Shown: piece by piece, positions 49,845 to 62,904 of the stretch
Numbering within the stretch: position 1 is the first letter of the stretch
Layout of the letters: each line of letters starts with the position of its first letter
Source: Nemertoderma westbladi
Taxonomy: Eukaryota; Animalia; Xenacoelomorpha
Direction: 5' to 3'
Assembly: GCA_032718475.1 (NCBI GenBank)
Contig: JAUCBJ010007125.1
Span: 1-64,000, forward strand
DNA: 64,000 nt
Notes under the pieces: model-generated
Seen by the model: the letters and a program-made list of their open reading frames with translations, nothing else
What the model was told of the DNA's origin: nothing
The model's database searches: none
Position numbers and translations under genes: made by a program

Positions 49845-52445
49845 ATGGACCCAAATCGCCAAATTATCGGCGAATTACGTAACACGATAGATCTACTGGA
49901 ATATTCGCAACCCGGATCCCCTGACTTTGATACAAATTGGAGCACCCTGCTAAATGAGAACGTGCGAGTCGTTAAATTCACCGGGCGAGAGGGACCGGAT
50001 TCCAAGAATCTACGAGCCCTCCGGTTAGCCGATGCTAGTACGAGACTGAAAAGAACTCGGAACGCAAAGGCAACCGGAGGGGACGATTCGTCGTTTTGGG
50101 AAACGTTCCAGCAGAGCGTCTACAGATCCCGATGTTTGATCTACGACAACGAGGGAAACGCGACGCCCACCTCGAAAGCGATTACGTTGGCGAGATGTCA
50201 AAGTTTCGTCGACGACAAGAGTACGTACCTCGCCCACTGGGGAAACCTGTCGGAGTGTACGGCGACGCTTCGAGAGGAACGTATATCGACCATCCAAAAT
50301 CGCGACGACTACCAAGAAAAACACGGGGCGAAAGAATACGGTCGATCCTTGGTCGTCGTCCTCGGAACCCTGGACGGTTTGGTATTGGTGTGTCGAATAT
50401 TTCCGACACCCAGACAGGAAGTGCAGGCAGCCGGAGCGATCTGGTTGCTACCTCCGGAAATCCAAAAGATCCTCTTCGACTTCGACGTCATTAAAATCGG
50501 GTCGGATATAAAGGCGGACGTCCGGAACGACTACGCGAACGCTCCTTCAGGAAGAAACCGACAAGACGACCTCAACGCCCTTAGCCATTGCATCGACACT
50601 CAAACGCTACTAGCCTGGTTACGATTCGCCGAGTTCATGCGAGGATTCCAAGAGGTGAGACCGACGAAATCCGGGATCGGCTACCTCGCTGTGCTAAACG
50701 GTAGCATCAACTTCAAACCCCAGAAATTCCGGGACTATAATAAAATATATGGTGGATACCCGGGATTAGAAATAAAGAGCGAGCGAGAGGGTCGATGGAA
50801 GGACGTTGATCGGAAGTGGACGATACACCAAAGGTGGGAGAATCCCGATCGACGGAACTACGTCTACGTTGTTATGGAGTGCTACACTGTCGCTAAGTTT
50901 ATCTGTAAAACTCTCGATAACCTTATTACGGCGGTTCCTCTTTCCTTCGTCGACTACGACTGGAACGAGGTTATAAACCATGCGTTCAAAGCGGTTGAGA
51001 ACATCACACCGGGAGAGACTAAAACGCTCGCTGTTATCGATTCCTGGGACGAGAGCGGACCTTACGACATCCCTACGATTACCGAACTTCTCGGTGCGGA
51101 GGAGCCTCTGATTTCTTCGGAAGGGGAAGAAATATGGCTAAATGAGGGTGTTCTACTCTCCACCCCGAAGCGATAACTCGAGCCGGAGGCCGCTTACCAA
51201 CCGGCCACCAAACGGGTTGCCTCCGCCGAACCAACTACGGAAGCGGGCGTTTCCTCACCACTCGGCTTCGGTAGCCCTGCGAGGGAGTTGGTTACTACCT
51301 TCGCATTAAACGACTTCGGCGATACGTGCCAAAGGTTATCCCCGTATCCTTTCCCGGGTGGCGAAGACTGGTCGTCGGAGATTCCGAGTACCAGCAATCA
51401 ACGGACCCGCTCTGCGATATTGGTCGAGAAGGGCCTCAGCGCTGCGCCGACTCCCGACGATCTCCTCGGAATCCCTCTGTCGAAAACCCCGGCACCTCTT
51501 CGCCGACCAGCGGTGGCTACTACACCCTCCGTTCCTCAGGATCCTATGCGACTAACCCGTTGGTACGCCGAGCAAACCGAATGGATCCACCGCCAGAAAC
51601 GGTCGTCCGAGTTGAGACCGACGGGACACAAAGAAGGTTATCGTAGCGAGGACCTACTACGCAAAAGCCCAGCCTTCCGCGGGCTACCAACCACCACGAA
51701 TATTCAGAAGAGCGACCGACGACTCGAGTATCAAGTCGGCGTCCCGATTCCGATATTCCCCGGTCGAGAGATGCAATTGGAGGTGTGCGGTGACTGTGGT
51801 TCGGAGCAGTGCCCACGCGGTAGAAGGAATCGGGTTACCGATTCGTGCCTCCAGCTCCTCGGGATACTCTATTGCCCATACTGCGCGACATCGGGCCGCG
51901 ACGTTTCCGTCTGCCCGATCCTATATAACCTCTGCACCACGTGCGGTTTCCGTGGATATTCCTCTAGCCCCCGCTGCTATATCAAATGTCCTACCAAAGA
52001 CGTTACCGCTATGGGAAATATGGTCATGTTTGAAACATACGCAAACAGCCACATAAAGACCAAGGTTCGGAGAAACGCTCGGAATATCGCGCAGGAGATG
52101 GCGTGCGGGTACTTCTCCTTCCCGGAACGCCTCCACACGTCGGCCACGCTGCCTTTCCATTACGTGGATTTGTTGCTGAGCGCCGGATTATTCGGCCCAT
52201 TCGAAGTCATTAGACGCTTATACTCGTATAAAGAGGAGTTCGGTGACGGAGAGTGGTTCCTCGAGGCTCGCAACTCCGAGTTGGAACGACGAACCGATAT
52301 GATCCCGATGCCATCGAAAGGAAGAGCCGCCAGGAGACAAGCCAAAGCGTTGCTCACGATGGATGTTGACGCTCCTCTACCAGCTATAGCGATCGACGAG
52401 AGCCGACGGGCGAAGAGGCGAAAGGCGTATCAGAGAAAGAAATAG
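49845..52445 (+). pseudogene. Extra ORF copy 2, full length 866 codons, single in-frame stop
   Basis: ORFs 49845 and 51288 are in frame. The TAA at 51174 is CAA in copy 1. Motifs: IYDNEG, LPPEIQKILFDFDVIKIGSDIKADV, IDTQ, SGIGYL, W..YVYVVMEC, Cys-rich C-terminus, basic tail. Confidence 0.82.
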
Positions 52446-52619
52446 TGGATCGGGATATTCCAGGAACATTTATCGAACATTTATTTTTATACATATATAT
52501 ATAAACTCTAGGCCAAATTAATTAAAACTATGCAATATTAAATTTGGGTTTTTTATATTGGGAATGACCTACGCAAACTCAATCTACCGACAGACTTCAC
52601 TAAGGTCATTGGGGGGGAC

Positions 52620-54113
52620 TGTTCGCGGTATTTCAACTTTCCATAACGCGAGTTGAATATTTTTTGTATTGATTTAAAATGATTATTCCGATATTACTAC
52701 TGGATGCGGGACCATGGGTTTTGGGCACATTCTATAAACTGGGGGCGATTTATGGGCGAACTTTGGGGCGACTTACAGGGTACGGGACTAATTTCATGTT
52801 CATAAGGGCCAGGGGGGATGGAAAATTCAAGCAGTATTCAGGTTAGCCTGATTACTATTAGGCCCTGGCCAACTTCCTGCTGCCTGTAGAGGTGGATTTG
52901 GTAACGCGCCAGGCCTAAAGGACAAGGACTGCCCTTAGCGGTCCCTGGCCAACAGCAGTTATTACGAGCCTGAAAAGGACATCGGAACGCCAGCTGCTTG
53001 TGTCAGGGACTTGCGACGGGAAACGACACGACAGACCCCTAGCCAAGCCGTACTGGTTCTCAATGATCGTTCCCTTCGGGGTTCGTGATGGGTGGGACGG
53101 ACACGCAAAAGGGTCTACCGACTAACAGAGGAAGGGTTTGACGAGGACTGCCCTTAGCGGTCTCTGGTCAACAGCAGTTATTACGAGCCTGAAAAGGACA
53201 TCGGAACGCCGGCTGCTTGTACCAGGGATTTGCGACGGGAACCGACGACAGACCCCTTAGCCAAGCCGTACTGGTTCTCGATGCTCGTTCCCTTCGGGGT
53301 TCGTGAGGGGTGGGACGGACACGCGACGGGGTCGAAAGACAAAGGACTGGACTCTACTGGCCTACCGACTGTTCGGAGCAGTTTCTCGGCTGCCGAAGCG
53401 ACTACGAGCCTGAAAGGGACTCGGAAAGCCTAGGTGGTTGGGTTTCTGCGATGAACCGACGGACCCCTAGCCAAGCCATACTGGTTCTCGATGATCGTTC
53501 CCTTCGGGGTTCGTGAGGGGTGGGACGGACACGCGAACGGGTCCACCAACACGACAGACTCCTAGCCAAGCCGTACTGGTTCTCGATGACCGATCCCTTC
53601 GGGGTTCGAGAGGGGTGGTACGGATACGCGACAGAGTCTACCGACTGGACCGACCCTTAGCCAAGCCGTGCTGGTTCTCGATGATCGATCCCTTCGGGGT
53701 TCGGGAGGGGTGGAACGGACAAGCGACAGTGTCGACCGACACCGACACTACAGCATCAAGACTAGGACCGAGGGAAAATCTGGGGAACATTAGTTAGGCT
53801 AAAATCTGAGCGAACAGTGGGTAATTAAATAATATACTGTAGGGATTTATATTGTCGTGTATAATTATTGTGAATATTTGGTGTATATTGATTTGGGGAA
53901 GCCCAAAATTATTCTCAATCAGGGTTCAGTGAGATTAACTACATTAAAGAATATATCCAACCAATGCAGCTTTTTCTCAACCGCAATCCTGCATCTAAGA
54001 AATTCCTCCTTCTCCACAATCAATATCCGGTGACTGGCCGGGACTCCATGGTCTGTAAAGCCCCGCCTCCAGCATCGGCGTTTTTCCCCCCTGGTGTCGG
54101 GATAACGGCAACA
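52620..54113 (+). mobile_element. 3' LTR (1494 bp) of the BEL/Pao element
   Basis: TGTTCGCGG follows the polypurine tract at 52611-52618. It ends GGCAACA exactly where the 46-bp minisatellite resumes (CCGATAAGAC). Confidence 0.88.
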
Positions 54114-55220
54114 CCGATAAGACAATAAATGGTAATTATACCCATTCTTACTAAAATCCCCGATAAGACAATAAATGGTAATTATAACACATTACTGAAA
54201 TCCCCGATAAGACAATAAATGGTAATTATACCCATTCTTACTGAAATTCCCGATAAGACAATAAATGGTAATTATACCCATTCTTACTGAAACCCCGAGA
54301 AGACAATAAATGGTAATTATACCCATTCTTACTGAAATCCCCGAGAAGACAATAAATGGTAATTATACCCATTCTTACTGAAATCCCCGATAAGACAATA
54401 AATGGTAATTATACCCATTACTGAAATCCCCGAGAAGACAATAAATGGTAATTATACCCATTCTTACTGAAATCCCCGAGAAGACAATAAATGGTAATTA
54501 TACCCATTACTGAAATCCCCGAGAAGACAATAAATGGTAATTATACCCATTCTTACTGAAATCCCCGATAAGACAATAAATGGTAATTATACCCATTCTT
54601 ACTGAAATCCCCGAGAAGACAATAAATGGTAATTATACCCATTCTTACTGAAATCCCCGAGAAGACAATAAATGGTAATTATACCCATTCTTACTGAAAT
54701 CCCCGAGAAGACAATAAATGGTAATTATACCCATTCTTACTGAAATCCCCGATAAGACAATAAATGGTAATTATACCCATTACTGAAATCCCCGAGAACA
54801 CAATAAATAATAATTAATTCTTACTGAAATCCCCGAGAAGACAATAAATGGTAATTATACCCATTCTTACTGAAATCCCCGAGAAGACAATAAATGGTAA
54901 TTATACCCATTCTTACTGAAATCCCCGAGAAGACAATAAATGGTAATTATACCCATTCTTACTGAAATCCCCGAGAAGACAATAAATAGTAATTATATCC
55001 ATTACTGAAATCCCCGATAAGACAATAAATGGTAATTATACCCATTCTTACTGAAATCCCCGATAAGACAATAAATGGTAATTATAACACATTACTGAAA
55101 TCCCCGATAAGACAATAAATGGTAATTATGCCCATTACTGAAATCCCCAAGAAGACAATAAATGGTAATTATACCCATTCTTACTGAAATCCCCGATAAG
55201 ACAATAAATGGTAATTATAC
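54114..55220 (+). repeat. 46-bp minisatellite, right part (~24 copies)
   Basis: Same unit as 37737-37990, with 43-bp variants. Confidence 0.95.
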
Positions 55221-55414
55221 CGCTACCACACTCACGTCTGCACCCAGGATCCCGCAAACACCAATAGTCAATACAGGTGGAAAATCTAGAAACAGCTGAA
55301 CTAGGTGTAGTGTGTTTGGTGAGTAATACCACCCCGACACTACATTAATATTATTACTATTAATAATTAATTAATATATTAAATAGGTATTATTATTATT
55401 ATTATTATTTTATT

Positions 55415-56778
55415 ACAGCTATTGAGGGACACTGGGTGCATACGTGAGTGTGGTAGCACAGCTATTGAGGGGCACTGGGTACGGACGTGAGTTTGGTAGC
55501 ACAGCTATTGAGGGGCACTGTGTGCATACGTGAGTATAGAAGCACAGCTGTTGAGGGACACTGGGTGCATACGTGAGTTTGGTAGCACAGCTATTGAGGG
55601 GCACTGGGTACATACGTGAGTTTGGTAGCACAGCTATTGAGGGGCACTGTGTGCATACGTGAGTATAGAAGCACAGCTGTTGAGGGACACTGGTTGCATA
55701 CGTGAGTTTGGTAGCACAGCTATTGAGGGACACTGGGTACATACGTGAGTTTGGTAGCACAACTATTGATGGACACTGGGTGCATACGTGAGTATGGAAG
55801 CACAGCTGTTGAGGGACACTGGGTGCGGACGTGAGTTTGGAAGCACATCTGTTGAGGGACACTGGTTGCATAAGTGAGTGTGGTAGCACAGCTATTGAGG
55901 GACACTGGGTGCAGACGTGAGTTTGGTAGCACAGCTATTGAGGGACACTGGGCGCATACGTGAGTTTGGTAGCACAGCTATTGAGGGACACTGGGTGCAT
56001 ACGTGAGTTTGGTAGCACAACTATTGTGAGACACTGGGTGCATACGTGAGTATGGAAGCACAGCTGTTGAGGGACACTGGGTGCGGACGTCAGTTTGGAA
56101 GCACAGCTGTTGAGGGACACTGGGTGCATAAGTGAGTGTGGTAGCACAGCTATTGAGGGACACTGGGTGCAGACGTGAGTGTGGTAGCACAGCTATTGAG
56201 GGACACTGGGTGCAGACGTGAGTGTGGTAGCACAGCTATTGAGGGACACTGGGTGCATATGTGTGGTAGCACAGCTATTGAGGGACACTGGGTGCATATG
56301 TGTGGTAGCACAGCTATTGAGGGACACTGGGTGCATATGTGTGGTAGCACAGCTATTGAGGGACACTGGGTGCAGACGTGAGTGTGGTAGCACAGCTATT
56401 GAGGGACACTGGGTGCATACGTGAGTGTGGTAGCTATTGAGGGACACTGGATGCATACGTGAGTGTGGTAGCACAGCTATTGAGGGGCACTGGGTACATA
56501 CGTGAGTTTGGTAGCACAGCTATTGAGGGGCACTGGGTGCATACGTGAGTATAGAAGCACAGCTGTTGAGGGACACTGGGTGCATACGTGAGTTTGGTAA
56601 CACAGCTATTGAGGGACACTGGGTGCATACGTGAGTTTGGTAGCACAACTATTGAGGGACACTGGGTGCATACGTGAGTATGGAAGCACAGCTGTTGAGG
56701 GACACTGGGTGCATACGTGAGTATGGAAGCACAGCTGTTGAGGGACACTGGGTGCATAAGTGAGTAATGGTAGCACAG
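55415..56778 (+). repeat. 43-bp minisatellite (CAGCTATTGAGGGACACTGGGTGCATACGTGAGTTTGGTAGCA), ~32 copies
   Basis: Tandem array ending ~70 bp before exon 6, with one inverted partial unit at 55222-55246. Confidence 0.95.
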
Positions 56779-56846
56779 TGATCCCGAAGGTAGCACCCCC
56801 GATCCCATTTTAACACCAACTATTGAATCTATTTGCTCTTTCACAG

Positions 56847-57013
56847 GCGACCCCGATGAGATCCGAATGCAGTCGTTGTTGATACGCGAACGTATACTGG
56901 GTGCCAAACACCCAGACACGTCATATTATATAAGGTACCGTGGTGCGGTCTACGCGGACTCGGGTGACTTCCCTCGCTGTATAACACTATGGAGATACGC
57001 ACTCGATCTGCAG
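56847..57013 (+). CDS. fem-1: Fem-1 homolog exon 6; gene continues beyond the window
   Basis: Acceptor tcacag|, encodes GDPDEIRMQSLLIRERILGAKHPDTSYYIRYRGAVYADSGDFPRCITLWRYALDLQ, near-identical to the conserved FEM1 block. Donor CAG|GTAGGT. Confidence 0.95.
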
Positions 57014-58127
57014 GTAGGTTGTTATAATCTCCGACGACCAAAATTTAATATAATATTTTTTACTTTGAAACTTTATTTCACTTGCATTCAATTTGCGCCA
57101 CTCTGCAAATTCTAAAGGTTTTTAATCTTAGTGTATATATGAAACTTTGAGATATGAATAAATACCATAAATCATAAATATATGAATACTGAACACGTAG
57201 TTATTAACCGGTACCTAAAAATACACTGGGTCGAAATTCAAAATGGCGTGCCAGTGCATATTCGGATTTAGCCATCACCTATACATACAGTAAGTACATT
57301 TTGAAGTAAAAATTAAGATATTTAAAAGTGTTCCAAAATGCACCGTACTTCCAAAAATTGCTCAGATTTCAACGATCCTCCCACGTTGTGTTGTTTTTAG
57401 ATTTACATAAGAACCGCATATCAGACTAAAGGAGTAAGTTAAAATGTATTTCTTGTTGGGTTTATGTGATTTTTGTTTGTTTGGTTATAATTCTGATAAA
57501 CCCCAACTATACGACATTATGATTTCTCCGGTGACTGGGCACATAAGTTAATTTATAAAATGTGTTTCAGTTGCCTATGGTTGACTTGGATTTTGGAATT
57601 AAGACTTAATGTGCTCTGGTTACTCGGAGAAACCTAGTTCTGAAATATTGATTCTGAATTAGATCACCCAACCACTAAATTCTCATTAAAACTACCACGT
57701 ACACCTAACCATAAAGTGGTAAAAAAACATAAGAAATTCCACATTCACGTTCAAAATTTATTAGTTTAGAGCGAGAGCCTTCGGGTTGGTTTCTGACATT
57801 TAGTTCTAGTTAAAATTTATTTATTTATTTTATTATTTATTTATTTGATTCATTCTTGTAACTTGGGAGGAGAACCTAATTGCCATAACTGGGCCTCTCT
57901 CGTGCAATCTTCCATCTATAATCATTAAAATACAAACTTTGTAGAAGAGCGCATTCTTTGGCTTATTATTCAACTTGTGTGCGTTACAATCAATTTAGTT
58001 TGACAATATCAAAATACAAACAATTATTGCAAAATCTTAAAAAAGTTCCTGTGTCTTCAAAAGGTTGACAAATTGAAGAATTTTCAATAAAACTTGCGGA
58101 ATGTTAAATAAAAGTTGAGGAATCCAG

Positions 58128-61100
58128 TCAATACGATAAACTGTTTAACCTTTACAGCGACGACCAATGATATACTCAATACGATAAACTGTTTAACCTT
58201 TACAGCGACGACCAATGATCTACTCAATACGATAAACTGTTTAACCTTTACAGCGACGACCAATGATTTACTCAATACGATAAACTGTTTAACCTTTACA
58301 GCGACGACCAATGATCCACTCAATACGATAAACTGTTTAACCTTTACAGCGACGACCAATGATCTACTCAATACGATAAACTGTTTACTTTTACAACGAC
58401 GACCAATGATCTACTCAATACGATAAACTGTTTACTTTTACAGCGACGACCAATGATCTACTCAATACGATAAACTGTTTACTTTTACAGCGACGACCAA
58501 TGATCCACTCAATACGATAAACTGTTTACTTTTACAGCGACGACCAATGATCCACTCAATACGATAAACTGTTTACTTTTACAGCGACGACCAATGATCT
58601 ACTCAATACGATAAACTGTTTACTTTTACAGCGACGACCAATGATCCACTCAATACGATAAACTGTTTACTTTTACAGCGACGACCAATGATCCACTCAA
58701 TACGATAAACTGTTTAACCTTTACATCGCACAACCAATGATCTACTCAATACGATAAACTGTTTACTTTTACAGCGACGACCTATGATCTACTCAATACG
58801 ATAAACTGTTTACTTTTACAGCGACGACCAATGATCCACTCAATACGATAAACTGTTTAACTTTTACAGCGACGACCAATGATCCACTCAATATGATAAA
58901 CTGTTTAACCTTTACATCGCACGACCAATGATCCACTCAATACGATAAACTGTTTACTTTTACAGCGACGACCAATGATCTACTCAATACGATAAACTGT
59001 TTACTTTTACAGCGACGACCAATGATCCACTCAATATGATAAACTGTTTAACCTTTACATCGCACAACCAATGATCCACTCAATACGATAAACTGTTTAC
59101 TTTTACGCCGACGACCAATGATCCACTCAATACGATAAACTGTTTACTTTTACAGCGACGACCAATGATCCACTCAATATGATAAACTGTTTAACCTTTA
59201 CATCGCACGACCAATGATCCACTCAATACGATAAACTGTTTACTTTTACAGCGACGACCAATGATCCACTCAATACGATAAACTGTTTACTTTTACAGCG
59301 ACGACCAATGATCTACTCAATACGATAAACTGTTTACTTTTACAGCGACGACCAATGATCTACTCAATATGATAAACTGTTTAACCTTTACATCGCACAA
59401 CCAATGATCCACTCAATACGATAAACTGTTTACTTTTACAGCGACGACCAATGATCTACTCAATACGATAAACTGTTTACTTTTACACCGACGACCAATG
59501 ATCCACTCAATACGATAAACTGTTTACTTTTACAGCGACGACCAATGATCTACTCAATACGATAAACTGTTTACTTTTACAGCGACGACCAATGATCCAC
59601 TCAATACGATAAACTGTTTACTTTTACACCGACGACCAATGATCCACTCAATACGATAAACTGTTTACTTTTACAGCGACGACCAATGATCTACTCAATA
59701 CGATAAACTGTTTACTTTTACAGCGACGACCAATGATCCACTCAATACGATAAACTGTTTACTTTTCCCCCGACGACCAATGATCTACTCAATACGATAA
59801 ACTGTTTACTTTTACACCGACGACCAATGATCCACTCAATATGATAAACTGTTTAACCTTTACATCGCACAACCAATGATCCACTCAATACGATAAACTG
59901 TTTACTTTTACAGCGACGACCAATGATCTACTCAATACGATAAACTGTTTACTTTTACAGCGACGACCAATGATCTACTCAATACGATAAACTGTTTACT
60001 TTTACAGCGACGACCAATGATCCACTCAATACGATAAACTGTTTACTCTCACAGCGACGACCTATGATCTACTCAATACGATAAACTGTTTACTTTTACA
60101 GCGGACGACCAATGATCTACTCAATACGATAAACTGTTTAACCTTTACATCGCACAACCAATGATCCACTCAATACGATAAACTGTTTACTTTTACAGCG
60201 ACGACCAATGATCCACTCAATACGATAAACTGTTTAACCTTTACATCGCACAACCAATGATCCACTCAATACGATAAACTGTTTACTTTTACAGCGACGA
60301 CCAATGATCCACTCAATACGATAAACTGTTTACTTTTACAGCGACGACCAATTATCCACTCAATATGATAAACTGTTTAACCTTTACATCGCACGACCAA
60401 TGATCCACTCAATACGATAAACTGTTTACTTTTACAGCGACGACCAATGATCCACTCAATACGATAAACTGTTTACTTTTACAGCGACGACCAATGATCC
60501 ACTCAATATGATAAACTGTTTAACCTTTACATCGCACGACCAATGATCCACTCAATACGATAAACTGTTTACTTTTACAGCGACGACCAATGATCCACTC
60601 AATACGATAAACTGTTTACTTTTACAGCGACGACCAATGATCCACTCAATACGATAAACTGTTTACTTTTACAGCGACGACCAATGATCCACTTAATATG
60701 ATAAACTGTTTAACCTTTACATCGCACGACCAATGATCCACTCAATACGATAAACTGTTTACTTTTACAGCGGACGACCAATGATCCACTCAATACGATA
60801 AACTGTTTACTTTCACAGCGACGACCTATGATCTACTCAATACGATAAACTGTTTACTTTTACAGCGACGACCAATCATCCACTCAATATGATAAACTGT
60901 TTAACCTTTACATCGCACGACCAATGATCCACTCAATACGATAAACTGTTTACTTTTACAGCGACGACCAATGATCCACTCAATACGATAAACTGTTTAC
61001 TTTTACAGCGACGACCAATGATCCACTCAATATGATAAACTGTTTAACCTTTACATCGCACGACCAATGATCCACTCAATACGATAAACTGTTTACTTTT

Positions 61101-62900
61101 ACAGCGACGACCAATGATCCACTCAATACGATAAACTGTTTACTTTTACAGCGACGACCAATGATCCACTCAATACGATAAACTGTTTACTTTTACAGCG
61201 ACGACCAATGATCTACTCAATACGATAAACTGTTTACTTTTACAGCGACGACCAATGATCCACTCAATACGATAAACTGTTTACTTTCACAGCGACGACC
61301 TATGATCTACTCAATGCGATAAACTGTTTACTTTTACAGCGACGACCAATGATCTACTCAATACGATAAACTGTTTACTTTTACAGCGACGACCAATTAT
61401 CCACTCAATATGATAAACTGTTTAACCTTTACATCGCACGACCAATGATCCACTCAATACGATAAACTGTTTACTTTTACAGCGACGACCAATGATCCAC
61501 TCAATACGATAAACTGTTTACTTTTACAGCGACGACCAATTATCCACTCAATACGATAAACTGTTTAACCTTTACATCGCACAACCAATGATCCACTCAA
61601 TACGATAAACTGTTTACTTTTACAGCGACGACCAATTATCCACTCAATACGATAAACTATTTAACCTTTACATCGCACGACCAATGATCCACTCAATACG
61701 ATAAACTGCTTAACCTTTACATCGCACGACCAATGATTCACTCAATACGATAAACTGTTTACTTTTACAGCGACGACCAATGATCCACTCAATACGATAA
61801 ACTGTTTACTTTCACAGCGACGACCTATGATCTACTCAATACGATAAACTGTTTACTTTTACAGCGACGACCAATGATACACTCAATACGATAAACTGTT
61901 TACTTTTACAGCGACGACCAATTATCCACTCAATACGATAAACTGTTTAACCTTTACATCGCACAACCAATGATCCACTCAATACGATAAACTGTTTACT
62001 TTTACAGCGACGACCAATGATCCACTCAATACGATAAACTGTTTACTTTTACAGCGACGACCAATTATCCACTCAATACGATAAACTGTTTAACCTTTAC
62101 ATCGCACAACCAATGATCCACTCAATACGATAAACTGTTTACTTTTACAGCGACGACCAATTATCCACTCAATACGATAAACTGTTTAACCTTTACATCG
62201 CACGACCAATGATCCACTCAATACGATAAACTGCTTAACCTTTACATCGCACGACCAATGATCCACTCAATACGATAAACTGTTTACTTTTACAGCGACG
62301 ACCAATGATCTACTCAATACGATAAACTGTTTAACCTTTACATCGCACGACCAATGATCCACTCAATACTATAAACTGTTTACTTTTACAGCGGCGACCA
62401 ATGATCCGCTCAATGCGATAAACTGTTTACTTTTACAGCGACGACCAATTATCTACTCAATACGACAAACTGTTTACTTTTACTGCAACGACCAATGATC
62501 CACTCAATACGATAAACTGTTTACTTTTACAGCGACGACCAATGATCTACTCAATACGATAAACTGTTTAACCTTTACATCGCACAACCAATGATCCACT
62601 CAATACGATAAACTGTTTACTTTTACAGCGACGACCAATGATCCACTCAATACGATAAACTGTTTACTTTTACAGCGACGACCAATGATCCACTCAATAC
62701 GATAAACTGTTTACTTTTACAGCGACGACCAATGATCCACTCAATACGATAAACTGTTTACTTTCACAGCGACGACCAATGATCCACTCAATACGATAAA
62801 CTGTTTACTTTTACAGCGACGACCAATGATCTACTCAATACGATAAACTGTTTACTTTCACAGCGACGACCTATGATCTACTCAATACGATAAACTGTTT
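58128..62900 (+). repeat. 47/48-bp minisatellite (CTCAATACGATAAACTGTTTACTTTTACAGCGACGACCAATGATCCA), ~100 copies
   Basis: Tandem array of ~4.8 kb in intron 6. Confidence 0.96.
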
Positions 62901-62904
62901 AATA

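Larger units (their letters stand above)
38215..54113 (+). mobile_element. BEL/Pao LTR retrotransposon: 5'-truncated, decayed, with an extra ORF and an internal duplication
   Basis: Gag-PR-RT-RH-IN order with Pao-type motifs, PPT GGGGGGGAC, and a 3' LTR TGTT..AACA. Inserted into the 46-bp minisatellite. Confidence 0.93.

Noticed and set aside
46360-51176. Programmed stop-codon readthrough in the extra ORF
   Set aside because: Each stop is a C>T change relative to the other copy (CGA/CAA), consistent with post-insertion decay.
45355-52445. Extra ORF as an env glycoprotein
   Set aside because: No signal peptide, furin/fusion segment or transmembrane anchor; nuclease-like and CCHC motifs are present instead.
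55419-58426. Repetitive ORFs in the 43-bp and 48-bp arrays, including the 47-bp acceptor as fem-1 exon 7
   Set aside because: They are minisatellite translations; the sequence after TTTTACAG does not resemble the expected next Fem-1 block (Q..L.PLSPMT.SS) and stops within 10 codons.
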